From contig DATLQZ010000074.1 in assembly GCA_035534915.1 (NCBI GenBank), positions 6,167 through 70,166 on the forward strand: a stretch of 64,000 bases of DNA, given 5' to 3'. The first letter of the stretch is position 1, and each line of letters starts with the position of its first letter. Position numbers and translations under genes: made by a program. This document shows, one piece after another, positions 1 through 9,125 of the stretch. The notes beneath the pieces were generated by a model that did not search any database, was not told the DNA's origin, and saw only the letters and a list, made by a program, of their open reading frames with translations. The DNA is from Candidatus Dormiibacterota bacterium (GTDB lineage Bacteria > Chloroflexota > Dormibacteria > Aeolococcales > Bog-877).

Positions 1-564
1 GTCGGCTACGGCGAGATAGCAGCCCGGACCGTCGTCCTGAGATGGGCGGCGGGGGAGGAGGACGCGACGCCGCCGAAAAGCTCGGCGAGCTCCATCCCAT
101 TGGTTTCTCGACCGAGCCCCAGTGGTGGGGTGCGTGTGGCCGGCCTCGGGGATCTGCTGACCAACATCGCCCGTTGCTGTAAGCCGGTCCCGGGCGAGCC
201 CATCCGCGGGTACGTCACTCGGGGCAGGGGGGTTACCGTGCATCGTGATGAGTGCGTCAACATTCGTCATGCGGGAGACCCACGCCGCATCGTTGAGGTG
301 GAGTGGGATGAGGACAGCCGCCAGGTATACCCGGTCCGGCTGAGGATTGAGGGGCGCGATCGCACCGGCTTGCTCCGCGATGTGGCGACCGCGATTGCAG
401 AGAGCAAGGTCAATCTAAGCGGGGCTGCGGTGGAGGTGGAGGGTGACCACAGCGCGGTGATCTCAACTGTGGTCGAAGTCGCCAGTCTGACCGAATTGAG
501 CCGCCTCCTCGAACGGCTCGAAGGTATCCGCGATGTGCAGCAGGTGACGCGAGAAGTGGGCTGA
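1..564 (+). CDS. relA: RelA/SpoT-family (p)ppGpp synthetase/hydrolase, C-terminal fragment (5' end outside window)
   Basis: Frame 1 is open from base 1 to TGA 562-564. The translation contains the RelA/SpoT conserved-cysteine segment (NIARCCKPVPGEPIRGYVTRGRGVTVHRDEC) followed by an ACT/RRM-like end domain (VRLRIEGRDRTGLLRDVATAIAE). Confidence 0.85.
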   Translation, partial: VGYGEIAARTVVLRWAAGEEDATPPKSSASSIPLVSRPSPSGGVRVAGLGDLLTNIARCCKPVPGEPIRGYVTRGRGVTVHRDECVNIRHAGDPRRIVEVEWDEDSRQVYPVRLRIEGRDRTGLLRDVATAIAESKVNLSGAAVEVEGDHSAVISTVVEVASLTELSRLLERLEGIRDVQQVTREVG

Positions 565-600
565 GGCGCGCTGGGTCCGGGCGTTTAAACTTCCTAGGAA

Positions 601-1866
601 GTGCCTGGGATCTCACGTCCGCGCGGAACCGACGACCTGATGCCCGAGCGCCTGGCTGCTATGGAGCACGCGGTGACAGTCGGAATGGGCATTTCCGACG
701 AATACGGATATCGGAGGCTGGAGACTCCCATTTTCGAGTCCACTGACCTGTTCGTGCGTGGGGTCGGCGACACCACAGATGTGGTGAGTCGCGAGATGTA
801 CACCTTCGCCGACCGCGGTGGCCGCTCCCTAACCCTGCGTCCCGAGGGGACCGCGTCAACGGTTCGAGCGTTCTGGGAGTCGGAGCTGCGCCAGGAGCCT
901 CTGCCGGTTCGGCTCAGCTACGCCGGGCCGATGTTTCGCTACGACCGCCCTGGTCGCGGACGCTATCGCCAGTTCAACCAGTTCGGAGTGGAGGTGCTGG
1001 GGGAGGACGAGCCAGAGCTCGACGCCGAGGTGATTGCGGTCGCGTGGCGATGGCTCCGGGAGCTCGGGGTGACGGGAACCAGCCTGCAGCTGAACAGTAT
1101 TGGCGATGGGATCTGCCGGCCCCGATATCGGCAGGCGCTGCTGGACTTCTTCGAGCCGCATCTGGCACAGCTGGACCGGCTCGACCAGGAGCGGCTTCGC
1201 CGCAACCCATTGCGCATCCTGGACAGCAAGGAGCTGGCCAGTGCCTCGCTGCTAGACGCTGCCCCCAAGACCACGGATTTTCTCTGCGACGATTGCCGGG
1301 CGGCCTTCGAGCGGGTGCTCGGGGCTCTGGACGCGTACGGGATCGACTACCAGCTGAATCCGCTTTTGGTAAGGGGGCTGGACTACTACGCCAGAACCAC
1401 CTTCGAAGTCTGGCACGAGGATCTCAAGGGGGCCCAGAACTCTCTCTTCGGAGGGGGCCGTTACGACGGCCTCTCCCAGCTGCTCGGATATCCCCCCTGT
1501 GCTGGCGTGGGCTTTGCAGCGGGGCTGGAACGGGTCGTCCTACTGTCCCCTCCCTTGGCGGCGCGACCCAAGCCGCCGGTTTGGGTTCTGGGTGCCCAGT
1601 TGGTGGCTGCCAAGGCGGTGATTGAGACGGCTGAGCGATTGCGGCGAGCGGGCATTCGGGTGGTATCGGACCCTGGGCGCAGGAGCCTCAAGTCGAAGAT
1701 GCGCAGCGCCGAGCGGGGAGGGGCAGCGCTGGTAGCTCTCGTGGGGGAGGATGAGCTTGCAAGGGGGGTGGTTGCCCTGCGCAGGCTCCAAGATGGCACT
1801 CAGGTTGAGAGCGGGCTGATTGGTCTCGAGGCGGCCGTGACCTCTCTTTTGGCCGAATTCCCATGA
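601..1866 (+). CDS. hisS: histidine--tRNA ligase
   Basis: 421-aa ORF from GTG 601. HisRS signatures are present: N-terminal PRGTDDLMPE, class II motif-2 region FRYDRPGRGRYRQFNQFGVEVLG, the GGGRYDGL motif and a C-terminal anticodon-binding domain. Confidence 0.93.
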   Translation: MPGISRPRGTDDLMPERLAAMEHAVTVGMGISDEYGYRRLETPIFESTDLFVRGVGDTTDVVSREMYTFADRGGRSLTLRPEGTASTVRAFWESELRQEPLPVRLSYAGPMFRYDRPGRGRYRQFNQFGVEVLGEDEPELDAEVIAVAWRWLRELGVTGTSLQLNSIGDGICRPRYRQALLDFFEPHLAQLDRLDQERLRRNPLRILDSKELASASLLDAAPKTTDFLCDDCRAAFERVLGALDAYGIDYQLNPLLVRGLDYYARTTFEVWHEDLKGAQNSLFGGGRYDGLSQLLGYPPCAGVGFAAGLERVVLLSPPLAARPKPPVWVLGAQLVAAKAVIETAERLRRAGIRVVSDPGRRSLKSKMRSAERGGAALVALVGEDELARGVVALRRLQDGTQVESGLIGLEAAVTSLLAEFP

Positions 1867-1882
1867 TTTCTGGAGGTGGGCC

Positions 1883-3688
1883 TTGAGAGGCAGACGCATG
1901 TGTGGGACCGTGAGTGCTGCGGATCAGGGCCATCCGATTGTCGTGGCGGGATGGGTGAACCATCGTCGGGATCACGGCGGGTTGACCTTCATCGACCTTC
2001 GCGACCACACAGGAGTGGTGCAGCTGGTCTTCAACCCCGCCAAGTCGCCGTCCGCTCAGGCGGTGGCGGAGCGCAGCCGACTGGAGTGGGTGCTGAGGGT
2101 TGAAGGGACGGTCGGGCTACGACCTGAGGGGAGCGAGAATCCCAACTTGCCCACTGGGGAGATCGAGATCGCGGTGCAGAGCTGTGAGGTCTTGGGGCAG
2201 TCGGAGGGGATCCCGCTAGGCATCTCTGACGACAGCACGGCCGAGGAGAGGGTCAGGCTTCAGTACCGATACCTGGACCTTAGACGTCCTCGGATGCAGC
2301 GCAACCTGCGCGCCCGCCATCGCTTCATCAAGGCGCTCAGAGACGCCGCCGACGACATGGATTTCGTTGAGATCGAAACTCCGACGATGATCCCAAGCAC
2401 CCCAGAGGGGGCTCGCGACTTCATAGTCCCGAGTCGACTTTGGCCCGGGCACGTGTGGGCGCTACCGCAATCGCCTCAGATCTACAAACAGCTCTCCATG
2501 GTGGGTGGGTTCGATCGCTACTTTCAGATAGCGAGATGCTGGCGGGACGAGGACCTCCGTGCCGATCGTCAGTTCGAATTCACGCAGTTGGACCTGGAGA
2601 TGTCGTTCGTGGACGAGGACGAGATCTTCGAGGTGCTGGAGAAGATGATCTCCCTTGCCTTCGAGGAGGCGTTCGGGATCCCTGTGCCCATCCCGTGGCC
2701 GCGGCTGCCGTATGCAGAAGCTATTCGTCGCTACGGGTCGGACAAGCCGGATACGAGGTTCGGAAATGAGCTCCATGAGGTTTCCGACATTTTCGGGCAA
2801 TCGCAGTTCCGCGTCTTCGAGGGCGCGGTGGCCTCGGGGGGGTCGGTGATCGCCCTTCGGGTCCCGGGAGGCGGCGAGCTGACCCGAGGCGAGATGGAGG
2901 GAGAGTGGTTGCAGGTCGCCCGCACCTACGGCGCTCCGGGACTGGCATACATGTGGCGTCGAGCGGGGTCATACGAGGGGGCGATCGCCAAGTTCATCTC
3001 GGTGGCGGAACAGGTGGCACTGACTACGCGGCTTGGGGTTGAGGACGGTGATCTGGTCTGCTTCACGGCCGGGGCACCCCGGGTCGCCGCGACCGCTCTG
3101 GGAGCGGTGCGCCTGCACGCGAGCCGTCGGTTCTCATGGATTCCCAAGGGTCAATTCAACTTTCTATGGGTCACCGAGTTCCCACTGTTCGAGAGAGATG
3201 TGTCCACGGGGAGGATCGGCGCGGTCCATCACCCATTCACCCAGCCCCATCCCGACGATTGGTCGCTCATCAGCACCGACCCGGAGAGGGTCAGGTCGCG
3301 GGCATACGACATCGTCTGCAACGGGGTGGAGCTCGGCAGCGGCTCCCTGCGAATTACCAGGCCCGACCAGCAGGCAGCCATCTTCGAGGCACTGGGGTTG
3401 ACCGCCGAGGAGGCCGAGAGGAAGTTCGGCTTTCTGATGAGCGCCTTTCGCTATGGTCCACCGCCGCATGGAGGATTTGCCGCCGGTGTCGACAGGATCG
3501 TGATGCTTGGGGTGGGGGAGAGCTCAATCCGCGAGGTCATAGCCTTTCCCAAGACTCAAACCGGAGGCGACCCCATGACCGGTTCGCCGACGCCGGTCTC
3601 GGTCGAGCAACTCTCCGAAGTCGGGCTCAGACTCAGCCCCAAGGGACTGCCTGCCAAGCCCGCGGGGGATGTCGACCGTGGGGCGTGA
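1883..3688 (+). CDS. aspS: aspartate--tRNA ligase (bacterial type)
   Basis: 601-aa ORF. It has an OB-fold N-terminus (GWVNHRRDHGGLTFIDLRDHTGVVQLV), motif 2 (QSPQIYKQLSMVGGFDRYFQIARCWRDEDLRADRQFEFTQLDLE) and motif 3 (GGFAAGVDRIVML). TTG 1883 is preceded by GGAGGTG; ATG 1898 is an alternative start. Confidence 0.93.
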   Translation: MRGRRMCGTVSAADQGHPIVVAGWVNHRRDHGGLTFIDLRDHTGVVQLVFNPAKSPSAQAVAERSRLEWVLRVEGTVGLRPEGSENPNLPTGEIEIAVQSCEVLGQSEGIPLGISDDSTAEERVRLQYRYLDLRRPRMQRNLRARHRFIKALRDAADDMDFVEIETPTMIPSTPEGARDFIVPSRLWPGHVWALPQSPQIYKQLSMVGGFDRYFQIARCWRDEDLRADRQFEFTQLDLEMSFVDEDEIFEVLEKMISLAFEEAFGIPVPIPWPRLPYAEAIRRYGSDKPDTRFGNELHEVSDIFGQSQFRVFEGAVASGGSVIALRVPGGGELTRGEMEGEWLQVARTYGAPGLAYMWRRAGSYEGAIAKFISVAEQVALTTRLGVEDGDLVCFTAGAPRVAATALGAVRLHASRRFSWIPKGQFNFLWVTEFPLFERDVSTGRIGAVHHPFTQPHPDDWSLISTDPERVRSRAYDIVCNGVELGSGSLRITRPDQQAAIFEALGLTAEEAERKFGFLMSAFRYGPPPHGGFAAGVDRIVMLGVGESSIREVIAFPKTQTGGDPMTGSPTPVSVEQLSEVGLRLSPKGLPAKPAGDVDRGA

Positions 3689-3880
3689 TACGGTTTGTGG
3701 GGGTCTGGGGCCCCGCCGTTTGCCAGCACCCGACCCTAGTGATGTTTTTTTCGGGAGCGCCAACAGAGCGGGCGGCCCACGGGCCTCCTTGAGAGGAAGT
3801 GGAAAGTCGCGTGAGGCGCACCCACCTGGGTTATCAGGGATCGGAGCCGGGCCGGCGGGTGCCCCCAGGCCCGATCGTCG

Positions 3881-3907
3881 GGTTTGAATAACGGGTGCAG
3901 CGGGCAA
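3881..3907 (+). promoter_or_regulatory. possible SigB/SigF-type promoter (GGTTT-N16-GGGCAA) in front of the kinase/sigma operon
   Basis: GGTTT at 3881-3885 and GGGCAA at 3902-3907 are separated by 16 nt. This resembles the GTTT-N15-17-GGGTAT consensus of stress and group-3 sigma factors, and it lies directly upstream of ATG 3919. Pattern match only. Confidence 0.25.
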
Positions 3908-3918
3908 GTACTGCTGTG

Positions 3919-4359
3919 ATGAGTTCACGCACATTCGCTCAAACCGAGCTGCGGATCCCCGCAGATCCCAATTACATCGTCGTCGCCAAGCGGACGGCCG
4001 CTGGAATGGCCAGTGTGGCTGGCCTCGGGGTGGAAGCACTGGATGAGCTGAACATCGCTATTGCGGAGGCGTGCGAGCACACGATCAGCTCCGCCCTGGC
4101 GGCTGGGTTCGCCGACGCCAAGGTGAGAATCAACTTCCGGGTCCAGGCGGACGCCTTGCGCGTCGACGTGCGTCTCCTCACAGGGCGCTCGGAGGCGGTG
4201 GAGCGGCCGGTTCCCAAGGTGGCCGTCAGCGCCGTGGCGGAGCGTGAGGCTTTGGACATGGCGATTCAGATGTTGCGTTGCTTCGCCGACGACGTCGACT
4301 TCCAGGCGGTGGGAGGCGGGCTTATGCACGTCAGTCTGGCCAAGTACCGCTGGCGGTGA
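3919..4359 (+). CDS. anti-sigma factor serine kinase, RsbW/SpoIIAB-like
   Basis: The translation ELRIPADPNYIVVAKRTAAGMASVAGLGVEALDELNIAIAEACEHTI is typical of RsbW-type GHKL anti-sigma kinases. The stop TGA 4357-4359 overlaps the GTG of the downstream sigma gene. GTG 3895 (track start) is an alternative start. Confidence 0.7.
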   Translation: MSSRTFAQTELRIPADPNYIVVAKRTAAGMASVAGLGVEALDELNIAIAEACEHTISSALAAGFADAKVRINFRVQADALRVDVRLLTGRSEAVERPVPKVAVSAVAEREALDMAIQMLRCFADDVDFQAVGGGLMHVSLAKYRWR

Positions 4360-5132
4360 CCGAGGCGGGGTTCCGATCCGCCCCGACTTCCAGCAGGTTT
4401 GACCGGAAGCTTCAACATCGACTGTTCGAAGAGTACCGGCGCACCCGAGATCACGTGGTGCGCGAGCAGTTGGTTGAGCAGTACACCGCTCTGGTGAGAT
4501 CCCTGGCCCGGCGATTTGCGGGCAGAGGGGAGCCGTTAGAGGATCTTGAACAGGTGGGGTACCTGGGGCTCATAGCTGCGATCGATCGCTTCGAACCGGA
4601 GATGGGCCTTGAGTTCACCACCTTCGCCACCCCAACCATCCTAGGGGAGATCAAACGCTACTTCAGGGACAAGAGCTGGGCGGTCCGGGTCCCCAGAAGG
4701 CTGCAGGAGACCTACAGCCGTGTCACCCGCATCCAGCAGGACTTGGGCCAGCGTTTGGGCCGGAGCCCCACCGTGCCCGAGATCGCCGCCGAGCTGGGGC
4801 TGGAACCGGACGACGTGCTGCAGGCACTGGAGGCTGGGCCGGCTCACCGAGCGGTGTCCCTAGACGCTCCAGCGCCGGGCCAGGATGAGGCCGGCGAGAT
4901 GGGGGACCGCATCGGCTTCGAAGATGAGAACCTCAATCTCATCGAGCTGCGGGATGTGCTCGGATCTGCGATGCAGCACCTCACCCCCAGAGAGCAGGAG
5001 ATCATGATCTTGCGGTTCGTGGAAGAGTTGCCCCAGACCGAGGTCGCTCGGCGGCTGGGAATCAGTCAGATGCATGTAAGCCGGCTGCAGCGGGCCGCGC
5101 TCGAGCAGCTCAAAAGGGAACTGCCCGAGTAA
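4356..5132 (+). CDS. RNA polymerase sigma factor, SigB/SigF/SigG-like (sigma-70 group 3)
   Basis: Region 2 (YLGLIAAIDRFEPEMGLEFTTFATPTILGEIKRYFRD), region 3 (RVPRRLQETYSRV) and the region 4.2 HTH (LPQTEVARRLGISQMHVSRLQRAAL) are recognisable. The track ORF opens at 4278 inside the upstream gene; GTG 4356, overlapping that gene's stop (GTGA), is the more economical start. Confidence 0.85.
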   Translation: MTEAGFRSAPTSSRFDRKLQHRLFEEYRRTRDHVVREQLVEQYTALVRSLARRFAGRGEPLEDLEQVGYLGLIAAIDRFEPEMGLEFTTFATPTILGEIKRYFRDKSWAVRVPRRLQETYSRVTRIQQDLGQRLGRSPTVPEIAAELGLEPDDVLQALEAGPAHRAVSLDAPAPGQDEAGEMGDRIGFEDENLNLIELRDVLGSAMQHLTPREQEIMILRFVEELPQTEVARRLGISQMHVSRLQRAALEQLKRELPE

Positions 5133-5207
5133 ATCAGCGCGCTCCCAACCGTGCCCCAAGCCGGGTGACTGGTAGAATCCGGCAGACCTCCCTGGAGCTG
5201 TTGCACA

Positions 5208-7787
5208 TTGCTAAGTGATCAGATTCGCGCGCACTTCCTGGACTTTTTCCAACAGCAGGGCCATCTCCTCGTGCCCAGCGCTCCGCTGGTGCCCCGGGAC
5301 GACGCCAGCCTGCTCTTGGTAAGTGCCGGCATGGTGCCTTTCAAACCATTCTTCCTGGGATTGCGTGAGCCGCCGCGTGATCGGCTGACCTCCTGCCAGA
5401 AGGCCTTCCGAACCGTCGACATCGAGGAGGTCGGTAGCAGCTCGTACCACGACACCTTCTTTGAGATGCTCGGCAACTTCAGCTTCGGGGCCTACTTCAA
5501 AGAGGAGGCGATTCGGTACGCGTTCACCCTGCTGACGGATGTGTTTGGCCTCGAAGCCGAGCGTTTGCATCCGAGCGTCCATCCCAGTGACGAGGCATCC
5601 ATCGCGATCTGGCAGAAGGTGGCCGGAATCCCCGCCAGCGGGGTGGTGATGCTGGAGGACAACTTCTGGCAAGCCGGGCCGGTCGGCCCCTGTGGGGTCG
5701 ATAGCGAGATCTACTACGACCTGGGACCGGAGTTCGGAAGCGGAGCGCAGGAGAGTCCCGGCGCCGGTAGCCGCTTTCTGGAGATTTGGAACCTGGTTTT
5801 CATGGACGGTGAGCAGTTTGAGGATGGCACGGTCAAGCCGCTGACCCGCCCCGGGGTGGATACCGGCATGGGGCTGGAGCGGATCGCCATGGTGCTGCAG
5901 GGCAAGCGGTCCATCTTTGACACCGATCTCTTTCAGCCGCTGCTGGCCGACTTCGATGCGAGAGCCCAGAAGCGGCTGGAACAGCTGCCGGGCGATCAGC
6001 GGCTGAGGCACTTGCGGATCCTGGCCGACCATACCCGTGGTGCCTGCTGCCTGATCGCCGACGGGGTCCTCCCCTCCAACGAGGGCAGGGGGTACGTGCT
6101 GAGGCGGATCCTCCGACGCGCCATGGTGAGCGCTCAGGGCCTGGGTGTGGAAGATGGTCTGTTGCCGGCGGTGGCGGTGGTGGCCCAGATACTCGGCGGC
6201 CAGTATCCCAATCTGGTGGAGCAGATGAGGGCGATCACGGACACGGTGAGCCAGGAGCAGTACCGCTTTGGCGAGGTGGTCTCTCGTGGCCTGGCCCGCT
6301 TCGAGGAGATCGCGGAGGGCGCTGCGACCGGAATCTCTGGAGACGACGCCTTTCTGCTGCACGATACCTTCGGCTTTCCACTCGAGCTGACCTTGGATCT
6401 CGCTGCGGCCCGCGGCCTTGAGGTCGATCGCGAGCGCTTTCAGCAGCTGCTGACCGAACAGCGTGAGCGGGCCCGATCCAGCCGTTCCCGCGGTGAACAT
6501 GCCTTGGTTCAGGTGGCCCTTCCCGAGAACAGCTTCTGTGGCTATGACCGAATGGAGGTGGCCACGGAGGTGTTGGCTCTGGTCGTGGAGGGCGCGACGG
6601 TCGCGAGCCGCCACGCTGGCTCCGACGTCCGGGTGGTTTTGGCCCAGAACCCCTTCTACCCGGAAGGTGGTGGTCAGGTTGGAGACCGGGGCGAAATCGT
6701 CTGGGACAGTGGACGGGCCGCTGTGCTCGACTCCCAGAGTTCCGCCGGTGGCACGGCGGTGCAGCTGTGTCGGGTCGAGGCGGGTGAGCTTGCGGTTGGA
6801 CAGATGGTCACCGGTCGGGTCGACGCCGAGTGGCGGAGCGGTTGTGCTGCCCACCACTCCGCCACTCATCTGCTCAACCAATCTCTGCGGGTCGTTCTGG
6901 GACCGGGGGTTGTCCAGCGGGGCTCGCTGGTCGCGCCCGATCACGCGACCTTCGACTTCAGTTGGCCGAGTGCGATTCCCGAATCCCAGCTGCTTGAGAT
7001 CGAAGGGGTGCTGAACGAACAGCTGCGTCGCGACCTGGAGCGGTCGGTGGAGCTGATGTCGGTTGAGGAGGCACGCGGCTCCGGGGCGCTGGCCCTGCCA
7101 GAGGAGACCTACTCTTCCGAGGTTCGGGTCGTGAGCTTTGGTGATTTCTCCCGAGAGCTCTGCGGAGGTACTCACGTCAAGCGGTCGGGACAGATGGGGG
7201 TCGTGGTGCTTACCGGCTCGCGCAGCATCGGCCAGGGATTGCGACGGATTGAGCTGCTCTCGGGGTTGGCTGCCGAAGGATACTGGCAGCGCCAGCGCGC
7301 CCTCGTCTCCGAGCTGTCTGGTCTCTTCAAGAGCCAGCCCGCAGAGGTGCCCGAGCGGGTTGTCGCGCTACAGGAGCGAACCAGACAGCTGGAACGTGAG
7401 CTTCGCCGGAGCAGACAGGTGGGGGAGGGCGCAGCCCCCGACGCAGTTCGACAAGAGAAGGTCGCGGGGATTGTGGTGGCGGTGGAGGAACTTCCCTACG
7501 AGATGGAGCGCCCGGAGCGTCGGCGCCACGCGGACAGGCTCTTGGAGATCTCGGTCGATGGGGTCGGGCTCCTATTGGCAGGAGCCCAGATGGTGGTTAG
7601 AATTTCAGAGGCGCTGGTAGGTCGAGGCCTCAATGCCGGTACCATGGCGCAGGCGGTGTGCCGGGGGCTGGGCGGCCAGGGCGGAGGCAACCAGCAGCTG
7701 GGTCAGGGAGGGATTCCTGAGGACGGCCACCACGCGGCTTTGGCCGCGGTGCGAACCATCCTGGAGTCCGCTCTGGAGGAAGCTTGA
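5208..7787 (+). CDS. alaS: alanine--tRNA ligase
   Basis: 859-aa ORF with AlaRS features: FLDFFQQQGHLLVPSAPLVP, FEMLGNFSFGAYFK, WNLVFM, the editing-domain motifs HHSATHLL and CGGTHV, and a C-terminal DHHA1-like tail. Confidence 0.95.
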   Translation: MLSDQIRAHFLDFFQQQGHLLVPSAPLVPRDDASLLLVSAGMVPFKPFFLGLREPPRDRLTSCQKAFRTVDIEEVGSSSYHDTFFEMLGNFSFGAYFKEEAIRYAFTLLTDVFGLEAERLHPSVHPSDEASIAIWQKVAGIPASGVVMLEDNFWQAGPVGPCGVDSEIYYDLGPEFGSGAQESPGAGSRFLEIWNLVFMDGEQFEDGTVKPLTRPGVDTGMGLERIAMVLQGKRSIFDTDLFQPLLADFDARAQKRLEQLPGDQRLRHLRILADHTRGACCLIADGVLPSNEGRGYVLRRILRRAMVSAQGLGVEDGLLPAVAVVAQILGGQYPNLVEQMRAITDTVSQEQYRFGEVVSRGLARFEEIAEGAATGISGDDAFLLHDTFGFPLELTLDLAAARGLEVDRERFQQLLTEQRERARSSRSRGEHALVQVALPENSFCGYDRMEVATEVLALVVEGATVASRHAGSDVRVVLAQNPFYPEGGGQVGDRGEIVWDSGRAAVLDSQSSAGGTAVQLCRVEAGELAVGQMVTGRVDAEWRSGCAAHHSATHLLNQSLRVVLGPGVVQRGSLVAPDHATFDFSWPSAIPESQLLEIEGVLNEQLRRDLERSVELMSVEEARGSGALALPEETYSSEVRVVSFGDFSRELCGGTHVKRSGQMGVVVLTGSRSIGQGLRRIELLSGLAAEGYWQRQRALVSELSGLFKSQPAEVPERVVALQERTRQLERELRRSRQVGEGAAPDAVRQEKVAGIVVAVEELPYEMERPERRRHADRLLEISVDGVGLLLAGAQMVVRISEALVGRGLNAGTMAQAVCRGLGGQGGGNQQLGQGGIPEDGHHAALAAVRTILESALEEA

Positions 7788-7788
7788 G

Positions 7789-9057
7789 ATGGCGTCACCG
7801 CAGCCCGACACCGCACGTCGACAGCCGCGCTTTCACGTCACCGCTCTGGATATTGGCACCCAGGTGATCAAGGCGCTGGTCGTCAAGAAAGAGGCCGGCG
7901 AGGCGATCGTCCTCGGAGTCGGCCGCGCCGAGCAGGGGCCGGGAAATCTGGATCCAGCTGTCCCGCCGGACCTGGAGACGGTTCTCGAGGGGTGCCACAC
8001 CGCGTTGGAAGCCGCTGAGGACATGGCCGAGGTCATCCCTACCCGTCTGGTGATTGGGATCGGGGGAACGCGGGTGCGCGTTGTGAGCACCAGTGGCTCG
8101 AAGATACGGGGCAGGAGCCAGGAGCGGATCTCCCAGAGGGAGCTGGAGGACCAGGTCGAGTCGATTCAGCGACGCGCCCTCCGCGACGCCCAGACCAAGA
8201 TGCAGGAGGAGTCGGCATACCACGGCGAGCAGCTGCGGCTGGTGCACTCCTCTATCACTTCGGCCAGGGTCGACGGTCAGCCGATCGTGGACCCACTGAG
8301 GTACCAGGGCCAGAAGCTGGACCTGACCGTCTTCAACACCTTTACCACCGAGGATCACATCGCCGCGATTGACGAGATCGCCCGAGCGCTTGACCTGGAG
8401 CTGCTCGAGACGGTCGCGGAGCCCTACGCGGTGGCGCGGCTAGCATCGAACCCAGAAGTGCTGGAGCGGGGGGCCATCTTCATAGACATTGGGGCCCGGA
8501 CCACAACCATCACCCTGGTTCGAGGGGGAGTGTTGGAGTCGGCGCGCATGTTCGAGCTGGGTGGCCGGGCGTTCACCCGCAAGCTGGCCCACGATCTTGA
8601 CCTCTCATTGCCTCTGGCTGAGAGCCTCAAGCTCCGACATTCTGGAGGGATGCTGGGCGGGGACGAGCAGGCGCGGGTCAGGAGGGCAATGGGGGAGTCC
8701 GCCGAGGTGCTCGCCCAGGGAGTCGCGCTGGTGCTCCATGAGCTGGCTGGGGGCTCACCTCTGCCAGCCCATGTCGGACTCTGCGGCGGCGGATCGATGC
8801 TGCCGGAGATCATGGAGCAGCTTTCGGTACTCAGGTGGACAGACTATCTGCCGTTTCTGCAGCAGCCACGGTTCGTCCGCCTCGGTCCAGACGATCTCTC
8901 CGCAGTTCATGACACCACGGGGCTGCTCACCAGCGCTGCCGATGTCACCCCGATGGGGCTTGCCTACCAGGCGGCGGCCGAGATCGAGGCCCCACCAGCG
9001 GCCGGTCCCACCTGGGAGGAGATGCTCCAGCGCGTCACCGGGCTGATCCGCCGGTGA
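7789..9057 (+). CDS. FtsA/PilM-family actin-like ATPase
   Basis: ATG 7789 lies 1 nt after the alaS stop (the track start 7633 is inside alaS). 422 aa with actin-fold motifs VTALDIGTQVIKALVV, AIFIDIGARTTTITLV and VGLCGGGSMLPEI. The C-terminal amphipathic tail WEEMLQRVTGLIRR resembles an FtsA membrane-targeting helix. FtsA versus PilM cannot be decided from sequence alone. Confidence 0.65.
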   Translation: MASPQPDTARRQPRFHVTALDIGTQVIKALVVKKEAGEAIVLGVGRAEQGPGNLDPAVPPDLETVLEGCHTALEAAEDMAEVIPTRLVIGIGGTRVRVVSTSGSKIRGRSQERISQRELEDQVESIQRRALRDAQTKMQEESAYHGEQLRLVHSSITSARVDGQPIVDPLRYQGQKLDLTVFNTFTTEDHIAAIDEIARALDLELLETVAEPYAVARLASNPEVLERGAIFIDIGARTTTITLVRGGVLESARMFELGGRAFTRKLAHDLDLSLPLAESLKLRHSGGMLGGDEQARVRRAMGESAEVLAQGVALVLHELAGGSPLPAHVGLCGGGSMLPEIMEQLSVLRWTDYLPFLQQPRFVRLGPDDLSAVHDTTGLLTSAADVTPMGLAYQAAAEIEAPPAAGPTWEEMLQRVTGLIRR

Positions 9058-9125
9058 CTGACCGTGGATGCAATCATGGGTGAGCGCATGGGGGCTGGCC
9101 TGGTCAGCCGCCGGGGCTAATCAAG

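Noticed and set aside
1044-1625. 193-aa plus-strand ORF inside hisS, and similar nested same-strand ORFs throughout the track
   Set aside because: These are out-of-frame overlaps of confidently identified genes. They have Arg/Gly/Ala/Pro-rich translations and no motifs.
3701-3751. Run of seven T (3745-3751) after aspS as a Rho-independent terminator
   Set aside because: The only candidate stem (GGGTC 3701-3705 with GACCC 3732-3736) is weak, encloses a long irregular loop and ends 8 nt before the T-run. This is not a convincing terminator.
5211-7175. 654-aa minus-strand ORF, the second-longest ORF in this part of the track
   Set aside because: It lies entirely antisense to alaS, which has unmistakable AlaRS motifs. 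Its translation is Arg/Gly/Pro/Leu-rich with no recognisable domain, which marks it as a typical shadow ORF in GC-rich DNA.
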